Positions 9,643 through 19,834 are shown, numbered from the stretch's first letter. The stretch is DNA of 64,000 bases from an uncultured Actinomycetota bacterium (GCA_963743915.1 CAVURN010000002.1:704001-768000); one strand, 5' to 3'. Made by a program: numbers and translations. Notes: generated by a model from the letters alone, not told the origin.

Positions 9643-12333
9643 TCAACGGGTGTCGCTGGCGTCCACCTTCACTGCCGCACGTCCAGCCTCGAGTCGGGCG
9701 ATCGGCACCCGGAACGGCGAGCAGGAGACGTAGTCCAGCCCCCACTGGTGGAAGTAGTGGATCGACTCAGGGTCTCCGCCATGCTCGCCGCAGACCCCGA
9801 GGCTGATGTCCGGACGGGTCTTGCGCCCTGCTGCCACCGCCATCTGGATGAGAGCGCCGACCCCGTCGACGTCGATCGTCTCGAACGGGGACACGGCGAA
9901 GATGCTGGCATTGAGGTAGTCGGTGAAGAACGCACCTTCGACGTCGTCCCGGCTGAAGCCCCACGTCGTCTGGGTCAGGTCGTTGCTGCCGAACGAGAAG
10001 AAGTCGGCCACCTCGGCGAGCTCACCGGCGCGTACCGCCGCTCGAGGAAGCTCGATCATCGTGCCGATCGGGATGGGCCGGTCCAGTCCCCGCTCGGTGG
10101 CCACGGCCGCGATCACGCGCTCCGCCTCGTCGCGGACCAGGTGCAGCTCGGCTCGCGTCGCCACCAGCGGAACCATGACCTCTGGTCGCGGGTCACCGCC
10201 CGCAGCGAGACGATCCGCCGCCGCTTCGGCCAGGGCGCGCACCTGCAGTCCGTACAGACCGGGAAGCACCAGACCTAGCCGCACCCCGCGCATACCCATC
10301 ATCGGGTTCGCCTCGTGCATCGTGCGCACAGCCTCGAGCAGCTTGTGGTGCTCACTGTCGCGGTTGCCCCGGATGTCCTCGAGCGCCACCTTTACCGAAA
10401 GCTCGGTGATGTCCGGGAGGAACTCGTGCAGCGGCGGGTCGAGCAGCCGCACGATCACCGGCAGCCCGTCCATCTCGCGGAGCAGGTCGGTGAAGTCCTG
10501 GCGCTGCAACGGCAGCAGCTCCTCGTACACGAGGGCACGTTCGGCGTCAGACTTGGCCAGCACCAGCCGCACCACCAGCTGCTTGCGCTCGCCGAGGAAC
10601 ATGTGCTCGGTGCGCGCCAGCCCGATTCCGGACGCCCCCATGCGTCGCGCCCGGGCAGCGTCCTCACCTGTGTCAGCGTTGGCGCGGACGCCGAGTGAGC
10701 GTCGCGTGTCTGCGTGCTCGATGATGCGCGCGACGGCGACGACCACGGGGTCGCTCGAGGTGCGCGCGTCGACAGGGCGCTCCATCGCCGTCATCACGGG
10801 CGAGTCAGCAACAGCCACCTCACCGCGGTAGAGCCCACCGGACAAGCCGTCCAGCGAGATCGGGTCGCCCTCCTTGAGGACGTTGCCGTCGGGGTCGGTG
10901 GCCGTCCGCGCGTCCTCGTCGACGGTCAGGTTCTCGACGCCCACCACGCAGGGCTTGCCCATCCCGCGCGCCACGACCGCGGCGTGCGACGTCTTGCCGC
11001 CACGACTCGTGACGATTCCTTGGGCCGCGATCATGCCGCCGAGGTCGTCGGGGTTCGTCTCACGCCGGACGAGCACGACCTTGTCCCCCGCCGCTGCCCG
11101 CACCGCCGCACGCTTGGAGTCGAACACGGCGCGTCCGACCGCCGCACCCGGTGACGCGGGAACACCTGTCATCCAGGGGTCTCCCGCGACCTCGACGTCG
11201 ACCTGCGGGAACATCAGGCGGGCAAGCTGCGCACCGGACACCCGGGTGAGAGCCTCGTCGAGGTCGATCAGCCCCTCGTCGACCAGCTGAACGGCGATCC
11301 GGAACGCCGCCTCCGGTGTGCGCTTGCCCACCCGCGTCTGCAGCATCCAGAGCTTGCCCTGCTCGATCGTGAACTCGATGTCGCACAGGTCGCGGTAGTG
11401 CTGCTCCAGGCGCCCCATGATGTCGAGCAGCTCGGCGTGCTGGTGGGCGTGACGCGCCGCCAGGTCGTCGAGCGTCATGGTGTTTCGGATGCCCGCAACG
11501 ACGTCCTCGCCCTGCGCGTTCGGCAGGTAGTCGCCGTAGGCGCCAGGTGCGCCCGAGGCCGGGTCCCGGGTGAAGGCGACGCCGGTTCCGCTGTCCTCCC
11601 CGCGGTTGCCGAAGACCATCGCCATGACGTTGACGGCGGTCCCGAGGTCGTCGTCGATGCGCTCCTGACGTCGGTACAGCCGGGCCCGCTCGCCGTCCCA
11701 CGATCGGAACACAGCCAGGACAGCTGCGTCGAGCTGCGCGAACGGGTCCTGCGGGAACGGGTTGCCCGTGACCTCGGCGATGACCTCCTCGTACCGCTTC
11801 ACGATGTCGCGCAGCGCCTGGGGCGACAGATCTGTGTCACGGACGACGGCTGCGTCGTTCTTGGCATCCTCCAGGACGCTGTCGAAACGGGACGCGGGGA
11901 CGTCGAGCACGGTGCGACCGAACATCTGCAGCAGGCGCCGGTACGAGTCCCACGCGAACCGCTCGTCGCCGGTCTCGGCCGCGAGCGCCTCGACCGTCTG
12001 GTCGTTGAGCCCGATGTTGAGGACGGTCTCCATCATTCCTGGCATCGAGAACTTCGCGCCCGAACGCACGGACACCAGCAGGGGGGCGGCCGGGTCGCCG
12101 AGTCGCCGCCCCATCGCCTGCTCGACGGTGGCCAAGTGCTGGCGCACCTCCTGGGGCAGTCCCTCCGGCTCCGCGCCGGCAGCACGATACGCGCGGCAGG
12201 CGTCCGTCGTGATCGTGAACCCCGGGGGCACGGGGAGCCCCAGGGACGTCATCTCCGCAAGGTTGGCGCCCTTGCCGCCCAGCAGGTCCTTGTCGTCCTT
12301 GCTGCCTTCGGCGAACGCGTAGACATAGCGCAT
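9643..12333 (-). CDS. ppdK: Pyruvate, phosphate dikinase
   Basis: LGGKGANLAEM, SVRSGA, GGKTSHAAVVAR phospho-His, DFFSFGSNDL, CGEHGG; AAGGAGG RBS before the ATG at 12333. Confidence 0.98.
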   Translation of the reverse strand: MRYVYAFAEGSKDDKDLLGGKGANLAEMTSLGLPVPPGFTITTDACRAYRAAGAEPEGLPQEVRQHLATVEQAMGRRLGDPAAPLLVSVRSGAKFSMPGMMETVLNIGLNDQTVEALAAETGDERFAWDSYRRLLQMFGRTVLDVPASRFDSVLEDAKNDAAVVRDTDLSPQALRDIVKRYEEVIAEVTGNPFPQDPFAQLDAAVLAVFRSWDGERARLYRRQERIDDDLGTAVNVMAMVFGNRGEDSGTGVAFTRDPASGAPGAYGDYLPNAQGEDVVAGIRNTMTLDDLAARHAHQHAELLDIMGRLEQHYRDLCDIEFTIEQGKLWMLQTRVGKRTPEAAFRIAVQLVDEGLIDLDEALTRVSGAQLARLMFPQVDVEVAGDPWMTGVPASPGAAVGRAVFDSKRAAVRAAAGDKVVLVRRETNPDDLGGMIAAQGIVTSRGGKTSHAAVVARGMGKPCVVGVENLTVDEDARTATDPDGNVLKEGDPISLDGLSGGLYRGEVAVADSPVMTAMERPVDARTSSDPVVVAVARIIEHADTRRSLGVRANADTGEDAARARRMGASGIGLARTEHMFLGERKQLVVRLVLAKSDAERALVYEELLPLQRQDFTDLLREMDGLPVIVRLLDPPLHEFLPDITELSVKVALEDIRGNRDSEHHKLLEAVRTMHEANPMMGMRGVRLGLVLPGLYGLQVRALAEAAADRLAAGGDPRPEVMVPLVATRAELHLVRDEAERVIAAVATERGLDRPIPIGTMIELPRAAVRAGELAEVADFFSFGSNDLTQTTWGFSRDDVEGAFFTDYLNASIFAVSPFETIDVDGVGALIQMAVAAGRKTRPDISLGVCGEHGGDPESIHYFHQWGLDYVSCSPFRVPIARLEAGRAAVKVDASDTR

Positions 12334-12394
12334 GAGGACCTCCTTGGGCCACGCAGGTGACCCCACGGTAACCGCCCACAGGGGCCGGCCGGAG

Positions 12395-12408
12395 GGGCTG
12401 AAAGACCT
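12395..12408. promoter_or_regulatory. Possible DosR/DevR-type box upstream of ppdK
   Basis: Minus strand AGGTCTTTCAGCCC resembles GGGACTTTCGGCCC-type boxes and lies just upstream of a TACCGT -10 (12365-12370). Confidence 0.35.
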
Positions 12409-12548
12409 ATGCCCACAGTGGGCTGGGCCACACTCCAAGCAGTCCGTCCTCAGTGGCTCTGGACGAGGCCGGTCGGCCATGAACTCGCGCTAGGTTGGGG
12501 TGCAAACCACCCGCCGGGAGGCGGCCGTCGTCGACCCGTGGAGGGGCG

Positions 12549-13223
12549 ATGGACGAAGACCTCGTCGAACACGTCCGACTGGCCATCTACCGCGAGTTCG
12601 CTCGCACCGGTCACGCGCCCGACCCCATCCACATCGCAGCACTGGCAGACGTCGATCCGGCTGAGCTCTCCGAGGCGCTCGCAAGGCTTGCGGCGATGCG
12701 TCACCTCGCACTCGATGCGAACGGCAGCATCGTCATGGCTCACCCGTTCACCTCCCTCAACCTCGGGTTCTCCGTCATGGGAAGGGATCGGCTGTGGTGG
12801 GGAGGCTGCGCGTGGGACAGCTTCGCCATCCCGAACCTCGTTGCGGACGAGCCACGTGTCCTGGTCGCGACGGCCTGCCCAGGTTGTGACAGACCACTGG
12901 CATGGCATGTCTCCAACACCGGGCCGCCCACCGGTGAAGAGGTTGCCCATTTCCTGGTGCCCATGAGTCATGTCTGGGATGACGTCGTCCAGACGTGCAG
13001 AAACCAACGTCTCTTCTGCACTGAGGGATGCGTCGATTCCTGGCTCACCGCCACGGGCCGGAGCAAGGGCTATGTCATGGACCTTTCGACGCTCTGGCGT
13101 CTCGCTCAGGACTGGTACACGGGTCGGTTGGAGAGCCCGTACGTCCGGCGCGATCCAGAAGCCGCCAAGGAGTACTTCCGCTCCGTCGGGCTCCGGGGGT
13201 CCTTCTGGGGTATCGATCCTTGA
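12549..13223 (+). CDS. MerB-like alkylmercury lyase family protein
   Basis: N-terminal HTH-like region, MAHPFT, GCAWD (CxxD), TACPGC and a later TC...FC; GGAGGG RBS. Confidence 0.85.
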   Translation: MDEDLVEHVRLAIYREFARTGHAPDPIHIAALADVDPAELSEALARLAAMRHLALDANGSIVMAHPFTSLNLGFSVMGRDRLWWGGCAWDSFAIPNLVADEPRVLVATACPGCDRPLAWHVSNTGPPTGEEVAHFLVPMSHVWDDVVQTCRNQRLFCTEGCVDSWLTATGRSKGYVMDLSTLWRLAQDWYTGRLESPYVRRDPEAAKEYFRSVGLRGSFWGIDP

Positions 13224-13249
13224 GCTGGTCCTTCGCGCCCGTCCGGCCG

Positions 13250-14398
13250 CTATCCGCCGCTCACGTCGAGCTCGGCGTCGGCACCGAGGACGTCGCACCG
13301 CTGGTCGTCCAGCCAGCCCTCCGGCAGCACCACCCGACGCGGCGAGCCCTGTCGCCCCCGCGGGACGCCGAGCTCGGACTCGGGGAAGGACTGGTCCGCA
13401 TCGATCTGCAGCAGCAGTGCGTCGAGCTCGGCAAGCGATGAGACCAGGCCCAGTGCGGTCCGCGTCTCGCTGCCGACGACGAACCCCTTCAGGTACCAGG
13501 CCATGTGCTTGCGCAGGTCGGCCAGACCGCGGGGCTCGCCCATCAGCTCGGCCAGCAGCTCACCGTGCCGGCGCAGCACCCGGAGCACTTCCCCGAGGTT
13601 CGGAGGTTCGGGCACGGGTTGACCGGTGAAGGCAGCGGCGAGATCGCGGAAGAGCCACGGTCGTCCCAGGCAACCGCGACCGACCACCACACCGTCGCAG
13701 CCGGTCTCGTCCATCATCCGCACCGCGTCGGTGGCCTCCCAGATGTCTCCGTTGCCGAGCACCGGAATGCCCACGCTCTGCTTCAACGTGGCGATCGTCG
13801 ACCAGTCAGCCTCACCGGAGTAGTGCTGGTCGGCGGTGCGTCCGTGCAAGGCGATGGCCGCGCAACCGACGTCCTCAGCGATGCGTCCGGCGTCCAGGTA
13901 GGTGAGGTGCTGCGGGTCGATCCCCAGCCGTGTCTTGATCGTGACCGGGACGCCGTAAGGATCGGCGGCACGTACCGCTTCGGTCAGAATGGCGCGCAGC
14001 AGGTCACGTTTCCAGGGCAGCGCGGCGCCACCGCCCTTGCGGGTGATCTTGGGCACCGGACAGCCGAAGTTGAAGTCGACGTGGTGCACACCGAACTCCC
14101 CGACCAGGATGCGCACGGCCTCGCCGACGTAGCGGGGGTCGACGCCGTAGAGCTGGACCGAGCGGGTGGTCTCCATCGGGTCGAAGGTGAGCATCGACAG
14201 CGTCTTGGCCTGCCGCTCCACCAACCCACGGCTGGTGATCATCTCGCACACGTAGAGGCCGGCGCCCTGCTCAGCAGCGAGCCGGCGGAAGGCCGCGTTC
14301 GTGATCCCCGCCATCGGCGCCAGCACCACTGGCACCGGCAGCTCGACCGACCCGATCTGCAAGCCCTTCACGCCGGACGCCGGCTCGTCATGAGTCAC
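13250..14398 (-). CDS. dusB: tRNA dihydrouridine synthase B
   Basis: LAPMAG, NFGCPV, LHGRT, GNGDI, LRKH; the GTG start is approximate. Confidence 0.96.
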   Translation of the reverse strand: MTHDEPASGVKGLQIGSVELPVPVVLAPMAGITNAAFRRLAAEQGAGLYVCEMITSRGLVERQAKTLSMLTFDPMETTRSVQLYGVDPRYVGEAVRILVGEFGVHHVDFNFGCPVPKITRKGGGAALPWKRDLLRAILTEAVRAADPYGVPVTIKTRLGIDPQHLTYLDAGRIAEDVGCAAIALHGRTADQHYSGEADWSTIATLKQSVGIPVLGNGDIWEATDAVRMMDETGCDGVVVGRGCLGRPWLFRDLAAAFTGQPVPEPPNLGEVLRVLRRHGELLAELMGEPRGLADLRKHMAWYLKGFVVGSETRTALGLVSSLAELDALLLQIDADQSFPESELGVPRGRQGSPRRVVLPEGWLDDQRCDVLGADAELDVSGG

Positions 14399-14418
14399 TC
14401 TCCAGGGCAGGGACCCCT

Positions 14419-14485
14419 GCATTGGAGGATCGCGTGCGGTTTCGTCGGCTCATCCGGTCAGGAACCGCAAGGAATCCGCCACTGC
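14419..14485. repeat. Imperfect intergenic palindrome (REP-like)
   Basis: GCATTGGAGGAT..TGCGGTT / AACCGCA..ATCCGCCACTGC arms between glyQS and dusB. Confidence 0.5.
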
Positions 14486-14509
14486 CCGTTGGGGCTCCCA
14501 CGCGTGGCC

Positions 14510-15889
14510 TCAGTAGGCCGGGAGGTGGGGCGTGAGGTACTCGACGAGAGCGTCGATGCCGATGCGCTCCTGCTTCATGGTGTCGCGCTCGCGCACGGTT
14601 ACGGCCTGGTCCTCCAACGAGTCGAAATCGACGGTGACGCAGTACGGCGTGCCGATCTCGTCCTGCCGGCGGTAGCGGCGTCCGATGGCTCCTGCGTCGT
14701 CAAAATCCACGTTCCAGCGCTTGCGCAGAGCCGACGCGACATCGCGCGCCTTCGGCGACAGGTCGGTGTTGCGGGAGAGCGGAAGCACCGCGACCTTCAC
14801 CGGCGCCAGGCGCGCGTCCAGCCGCAGCACCGTGCGCTTGTCGACGCCCCCCTTGGCATTGGGCGCCTCGTCCTCGGCGTACGCGTCGAGGAGGAACGCG
14901 AGCATGGCCCGGTTGACGCCGGCCGCCGGCTCGATGACGTACGGGTACCAGCGCTCTTCGGACTCCTGGTCGAAGAACGAGAGGTCCTGCCCGGACGCCT
15001 CGGCGTGGGCCTTGAGGTCGTAGTCGGTGCGGTTCGCGATGCCCTCCAGCTCACTGAACTCCTGACCGCCGACCCGGAAGCGGTACTCGATGTCGACGGT
15101 CCGCTTCGCATAGTGCGACAGCTTGGCTTCTGGGTGCTCGAAGATCCGCAGGTTGTCCGGATCGATGCCGAGGTCGGTGTACCAGGCCATTCGGGCGTCG
15201 ATCCACCGCTGATGCCATTCCTCGTCGGTGCCGGGCCGCACGAAGTACTCCAGCTCCATCTGCTCGAACTCTCGCGTGCGGAAGATGAAGTTGCCCGGCG
15301 TGATCTCGTTGCGGAAGGACTTGCCGATGTTGGCGATGCCGAACGGTACCTTGCGTCGCGACACCTGTTGCACCTGGGCGAAGGAGATGAACAGGCCCTG
15401 CGCCGTCTCGGGCCGCAGGTAGGTGGTCCCGGAGCCGTCGTCGACCGGGCCGAGGTGCGTCTTCAGCAGACCGTTGAAGAGCCGGGGCTCGGTGAACTGG
15501 CCCTTGTTCCCGCAGTTGGGGCAGTTCACCTCGGCGAGCGACTCCGGCAGACGCTTGTGCTTGGCCTCGAAAGCCTCCTCGAGATGGTCGGCCCTGAACC
15601 GCTTGTGGCACGAGGTGCACTCGGTCAGCGGGTCCACGAAGGCGGTCACGTGACCTGACGCCTGCCACACCTCAGGCGCAAGGATCACCGAGGTGTCCAC
15701 GCCGACGACGTCGTCGCGCTCGCGCACGGTCGACTGCCACCACTGGCGCTTGACGTTCTCCTTCAGCTCGACGCCGAGGGGACCGTAGTCCCACGCCGAA
15801 CGCTGACCGCCGTAGATCTCCGAGCTCGGGTACACGAACCCGCGGCGCTTGCTCAAGGAGACGACGCTGTCGAAGAGGTCGGCGGCCAC
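14510..15889 (-). CDS. glyQS: Glycine--tRNA ligase (alpha2 type)
   Basis: [49 protein letters not shown]. Confidence 0.98.
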   Translation of the reverse strand: MAADLFDSVVSLSKRRGFVYPSSEIYGGQRSAWDYGPLGVELKENVKRQWWQSTVRERDDVVGVDTSVILAPEVWQASGHVTAFVDPLTECTSCHKRFRADHLEEAFEAKHKRLPESLAEVNCPNCGNKGQFTEPRLFNGLLKTHLGPVDDGSGTTYLRPETAQGLFISFAQVQQVSRRKVPFGIANIGKSFRNEITPGNFIFRTREFEQMELEYFVRPGTDEEWHQRWIDARMAWYTDLGIDPDNLRIFEHPEAKLSHYAKRTVDIEYRFRVGGQEFSELEGIANRTDYDLKAHAEASGQDLSFFDQESEERWYPYVIEPAAGVNRAMLAFLLDAYAEDEAPNAKGGVDKRTVLRLDARLAPVKVAVLPLSRNTDLSPKARDVASALRKRWNVDFDDAGAIGRRYRRQDEIGTPYCVTVDFDSLEDQAVTVRERDTMKQERIGIDALVEYLTPHLPAY

Positions 15890-15948
15890 GGGGTTTCCTG
15901 CTCTCTGGGTCAGTCCATCCGGCTGGCGGTCGGCGGTGAGCCCCCAGG

Positions 15949-16311
15949 CTATCGGGCGCGCTCAACCGTCCCGGCGTCGCCCGCGAGGTCGCCGGAGGCA
16001 ACCCGTTCCCCCGTGGCGTCCACGCCGAACAGCACCTCATACGCAGTGGGCTCGTCGACGGCGCGTGACAGGAAGGGCACCGCCCGCGTCTTCACCTGGA
16101 AGTCCCCGAGTGCCCTGCGGTAGTGGCCGACAGTCCCCCATCGCGCTGTCAGGGACCAGAGGGTCGGGTCGTCCGACGCCCGTCCAACGTCCACGCCGGC
16201 GCACCCGGGGAACGACGCGAGCAACCGCGCCACCTCGGCGGCCTCGACGCCGAACGCGTCGGCAGAGTCCACCGGGACGACGAACCGCATCACCACCACC
16301 CAGTCGGTCAC
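15949..16311 (-). CDS. Antibiotic biosynthesis monooxygenase (ABM)-domain protein
   Basis: Ferredoxin-like pattern PGC...[14 protein letters not shown]...DEPTAYE, typical neighbour of glyQS in actinomycetes; CAGGAT 6 nt before the GTG. Confidence 0.8.
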   Translation of the reverse strand: MTDWVVVMRFVVPVDSADAFGVEAAEVARLLASFPGCAGVDVGRASDDPTLWSLTARWGTVGHYRRALGDFQVKTRAVPFLSRAVDEPTAYEVLFGVDATGERVASGDLAGDAGTVERAR

Positions 16312-16374
16312 CCGCCCATCCTGGCGCAACGCCCCGGCCGCGCTCGCTCGCCGCCCATCGGCCACCATGGACCC

Positions 16375-16662
16375 ATGTCCGACGACCACACCCCGTCCGC
16401 CCTCGAACGCGCGAGCCTGCCGCTGCTGCTGGCCCTGCACCGGCTTCCGCGGTGGGCCTTCTTCCTCGTCATCGGCGGACTGCTGCTCGCCGGCCTGTTC
16501 CTCGAGAACGCGGTGGGCGGCGTCCTCCTGCTCGTGCTGGCGGTGCTCCTCGGCTGGCTCGGGGCCGTGGGCTGGTCGCACCTCACCGCGGCAGGGCGGC
16601 TGCTCCGCCTGCTCACGGTCGGACTGCTCGTCTTCGCCGGGGTGACCCGGATCGTCGCCTGA
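16375..16662 (+). CDS. Small membrane protein (DUF6703-like)
   Basis: LERASLPLLLALHRLPR followed by three hydrophobic helices. Confidence 0.75.
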   Translation: MSDDHTPSALERASLPLLLALHRLPRWAFFLVIGGLLLAGLFLENAVGGVLLLVLAVLLGWLGAVGWSHLTAAGRLLRLLTVGLLVFAGVTRIVA

Positions 16663-16666
16663 CCCC

Positions 16667-16686
16667 ATTTGACAATGATTCCCATT
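16667..16686. promoter_or_regulatory. Zur-binding box overlapping the -35 of the znu operon
   Basis: AT-rich imperfect palindrome ATTTGACAATGATTCCCATT directly upstream of znuA, with zur in the same operon. Confidence 0.75.
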
Positions 16687-16703
16687 CCCGTGAGGGTGGG
16701 GTC

Positions 16704-17591
16704 ATGTTCCCCCCTCGCGCGGTCACGGCGCTGGCTGCCGGCGCGCTCGCGAGTGCGCTGGCCCTGACCGCCTGCAGCCAGGACGGCGCTGACGCCTCCC
16801 CGTCGGTCGTGGTCAGCTTCTACCCCCTGCAGTTCGTGGTCGAGAACCTGGTCGGGGACGCCGCCACCGTCACCAACCTGACCGCGCCGGGAGTCGAGCC
16901 GCACGACCTCGAGCTGACCCCTCAGTCGGTCGGTGACGTGGCCGACGCCGACCTTGTGGTGTACCTGTCCGGGTTCCAGCCCGCCGTCGACGACGCCGTC
17001 GACGGACAGGCCACGGCTTCGCTCGACGTCGCCGATGCGGCAGACCTCAGCCTCACCACGGCGGGCGGCACCCTCGACCCCCACTTCTGGCTGGACCCGA
17101 ACCGTCTGGCCGCAGTGGCGGACGCCACTGCGACCAGCCTCGTGGACCAGGGCATCCTCGACGCCGACACCGCGAGAGCCAACCTGGTTGCGCTCACCGA
17201 CGATCTCGACCGGCTCGACAAGGAGTTCAGCAACGGTCTGGCCGACTGCACGTCGCGCGACCTGGTGACCAGCCATGAGGCGTTCGGCTACCTCGCCGAC
17301 ACCTACGACCTGACGCAGGTCGGGATCACCGGCCTCACTCCGGAAGCCGAGCCCGACCCGCAGGACCTGGCCGCCGTCACGGCCTTCGTGAAGGAGAACG
17401 ACGTCCGCACGATCTACTACGAGACCTTGGTCAGCCCGGACGTCGCCGAGACGGTCGCCCGGGAGACCGGTGCCGACGTCGCCGTCCTCGACCCGCTCGA
17501 GGGACTGGCCGCCGACGCCGCAGGGGACGACTATCTGACGGTCATGGCGACCAACCTCACCACCTTGCGTGCCGGCCAGGACTGCCGATGA
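16704..17591 (+). CDS. znuA: Zinc ABC transporter substrate-binding lipoprotein
   Basis: Lipobox LTAC; EPHDLEL, DPHFWLDP and SHEAFGY metal-ligand motifs. Confidence 0.93.
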   Translation: MFPPRAVTALAAGALASALALTACSQDGADASPSVVVSFYPLQFVVENLVGDAATVTNLTAPGVEPHDLELTPQSVGDVADADLVVYLSGFQPAVDDAVDGQATASLDVADAADLSLTTAGGTLDPHFWLDPNRLAAVADATATSLVDQGILDADTARANLVALTDDLDRLDKEFSNGLADCTSRDLVTSHEAFGYLADTYDLTQVGITGLTPEAEPDPQDLAAVTAFVKENDVRTIYYETLVSPDVAETVARETGADVAVLDPLEGLAADAAGDDYLTVMATNLTTLRAGQDCR

Positions 17592-18373
17592 GCGTCATCG
17601 AGGTGCGAGAGGCGTCCTTCGGCTACGGCGCCGAACCCATCGTCAAAGGCGCCACCGTCACCGTCGAACGAGGCACGCTCACCGTCGTGCTGGGTGAGAA
17701 CGGTTCGGGCAAGTCCACCCTGGTCAAGGGCATGCTCGAGCTCATCCCGTTGCTGTCGGGAAGTCTTCAGCTCTTCGGCCACGAGGCGACCACGGCGGAC
17801 CGCCGACGCATCGGCTACGTGCCGCAGCGGACGACCGTCGCTGGTGGCATCCCGGTGACGGTGCGTGAACTTGTGACGTCGGGGCGGACCGCGAGCCGAC
17901 GACCCTTCGCACCGCTGCGTGCGAGCGAACGTGCTGCGGTCGACGCGGCGCTGGACGCGGTGCGGCTGCGTGACCGGGCACATGACCCGGTGTCCGCATT
18001 GAGTGGAGGGCAGCAGCGACGCGCGCTCATCGCCCGCGCTCTGGCCGGGCAGCCGGAGCTGCTCGTCATGGACGAGCCGATGGCCGGAGTCGACGCCACC
18101 AACGTCGAGCTGCTGGCCGGCGCGATGGTCGACTGGAAGCAGAGCGGAATGACCCTCGTCGTCGTGGCGCATGGGGCCGGCCCCCTCAAGCCGCTGGTCG
18201 ACCATGCCGTGGTGATGCGTCGTGGGCGGGTGGGCTACGAAGGTCCCCTCACGGACGAGCTCGACGCCGAGTACGCCGATCACATCCTCGAGGACCACCG
18301 AGACGTCCCCGGACGAATCGGCCGAGTCCCTGAAGAGCCCCACCTCGCCCCCTCGTCGAGGCGCGAGCAATGA
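17588..18373 (+). CDS. znuC: Zinc ABC transporter ATPase
   Basis: GENGSGKST, IGYVPQ, LSGGQQRR, MDEP. Confidence 0.93.
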   Translation: MSVIEVREASFGYGAEPIVKGATVTVERGTLTVVLGENGSGKSTLVKGMLELIPLLSGSLQLFGHEATTADRRRIGYVPQRTTVAGGIPVTVRELVTSGRTASRRPFAPLRASERAAVDAALDAVRLRDRAHDPVSALSGGQQRRALIARALAGQPELLVMDEPMAGVDATNVELLAGAMVDWKQSGMTLVVVAHGAGPLKPLVDHAVVMRRGRVGYEGPLTDELDAEYADHILEDHRDVPGRIGRVPEEPHLAPSSRREQ

Positions 18374-19326
18374 CCATTCTCGACTACGACTTCATGCAGC
18401 GCGCCCTGCTGGCCGCTCTTCTCGTGGGCATCGCGGCGCCCTCGGTCGGCGTCTACCTCGTGCAGCGCCGACTTGCGCTGATCGGTGACGGCATGGGTCA
18501 CGTGGCGCTCACTGGCGTGGCGGTCGGGGTCCTCACGGGCACCTCCCCCGTCATCACCGCTCTCATCGCTGCGGTGGCAGGTGCCGTGGTCATCGAGTGG
18601 GTGCGGCTGCGCGGCCGGACCAGCGGGGACGTGGCGCTGGCCATCCTGTTCTACGGCGGGATCGCGGGTGGGGTCGTGTTGATCGGCCTGTCCGACGGTG
18701 GCGGGTCGGCGAACCTCAACGCGTTCCTCTTCGGGTCGATCACCACGACGACACCGCAGGACCTGGTGGCCTTCGGAGTGCTCACGATCGCAGTGCTCGT
18801 GATCACGGTGGGCCTGCTGCCTCAGCTCTTCACCGCGAGCTACGACGAGGAGTTCGCCCGTGCCTCGGGACTGCCTGTCACGTGGCTCAACATGGCGCTC
18901 GCTGTGGTGGTCGCCACGACGACGGTGTTGTCCATGCGCGTCGTCGGCCTGCTGCTGTTCAGCGCGTTGATGATCGTGCCGACCGCCACGGCTCAGCTGG
19001 TGGCCCGCAGCTTCGGGAGCACGCTGGCACTGGCGATGGGGATCGGAACCGTGGTCGCCGTGACCGGGGTGGTCACGTCGTTCTACGCGAACACGCCCTC
19101 CGGCGGCACGATCGTTCTGCTCGCGATCGGGTTGTTCGCACTCACCGTGGCCGGCACCGGCATCCTGACCCGGTGGCGACGCCACGCGCGGCCGCTCGCC
19201 GAAGACCATCCGCACGAGCACGGACCGGGCTGCGGCCACGAGGCCGTTCCGCACGACGACCACGTGGACTACCTGCACGGCGACCATCGACACGCCGCGC
19301 ACGGGCCGCACTACGACGAGCACTGA
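18370..19326 (+). CDS. znuB: Zinc ABC transporter permease with His-rich C-terminal tail
   Basis: GDGMGHVAL, LFGSI, multiple TMs; tail HPHEHGPGCGHEAVPHDDHVDYLHGDHRHAAHGPHYDEH. Confidence 0.93.
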   Translation: MTILDYDFMQRALLAALLVGIAAPSVGVYLVQRRLALIGDGMGHVALTGVAVGVLTGTSPVITALIAAVAGAVVIEWVRLRGRTSGDVALAILFYGGIAGGVVLIGLSDGGGSANLNAFLFGSITTTTPQDLVAFGVLTIAVLVITVGLLPQLFTASYDEEFARASGLPVTWLNMALAVVVATTTVLSMRVVGLLLFSALMIVPTATAQLVARSFGSTLALAMGIGTVVAVTGVVTSFYANTPSGGTIVLLAIGLFALTVAGTGILTRWRRHARPLAEDHPHEHGPGCGHEAVPHDDHVDYLHGDHRHAAHGPHYDEH

Positions 19327-19340
19327 CGAGGACAGAGTTG

Positions 19341-19736
19341 ATGAGCACCTACCGACCCACACCGCAGCGCGCCGCCGTCTCGGCTGCGATGGCCGAGGTC
19401 GACGGGTTCGCCAGCGCCCAGGACGTCCACCTCGCCATGCGTGCCCAGGGATCGGCCATCGGACTCAGCACGGTCTACCGGGCGCTCCAGACGCTCGCCG
19501 ACGCCGGCGAGCTGGACGTGCTGCGCAGCGGCGACGGAGAGACGCTCTACCGACGGTGTGGACGGTCCCACCACCACCACCTGGTCTGCAGGCGTTGCGG
19601 TCGGACCAAGGAGGTCGAGGGCCCGGAGGTCGAGAGGTGGGCCGAGCACGTGGCGTCCACCCACGGCTACACCGAGGTGAGCCACACCGTGGAGGTCTTC
19701 GGCGTGTGCGGGGACTGCAGCGGTACCGTCTCGTAG
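19341..19736 (+). CDS. zur: Fur-family zinc uptake regulator
   Basis: STVYRAL, HHHHLVCRRCG, CGDC; follows znuACB. Confidence 0.92.
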   Translation: MSTYRPTPQRAAVSAAMAEVDGFASAQDVHLAMRAQGSAIGLSTVYRALQTLADAGELDVLRSGDGETLYRRCGRSHHHHLVCRRCGRTKEVEGPEVERWAEHVASTHGYTEVSHTVEVFGVCGDCSGTVS

Positions 19737-19752
19737 CGTGCGAGCCCCCTCA

Positions 19753-19820
19753 TGATCGGAGCACTTCAGTCACCTACGCGCGCCGAAGATACCTCTCAAG
19801 TGACTGAGATGCTCCGATCA
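19753..19820. repeat. Intergenic palindrome with 21-bp arms (19/21 paired)
   Basis: TGATCGGAGCACTTCAGTCAC ... GTGACTGAGATGCTCCGATCA between convergent zur and uppS. Confidence 0.8.
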
Positions 19821-19834
19821 CCGGAAGGGCGGCG

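Noticed and set aside
12334-12480. Cys-rich N-terminal extension of PpdK
   Set aside because: A strong AAGGAGG RBS and homology start at 12333; the upstream in-frame stretch is promoter DNA.
13505-15658. Long antisense or alternative-frame ORFs (e.g. 717, 619, 580 and 503 aa)
   Set aside because: These are shadow ORFs expected from high GC3 opposite real genes; the products are motif-free and Arg/Gly/His-rich.
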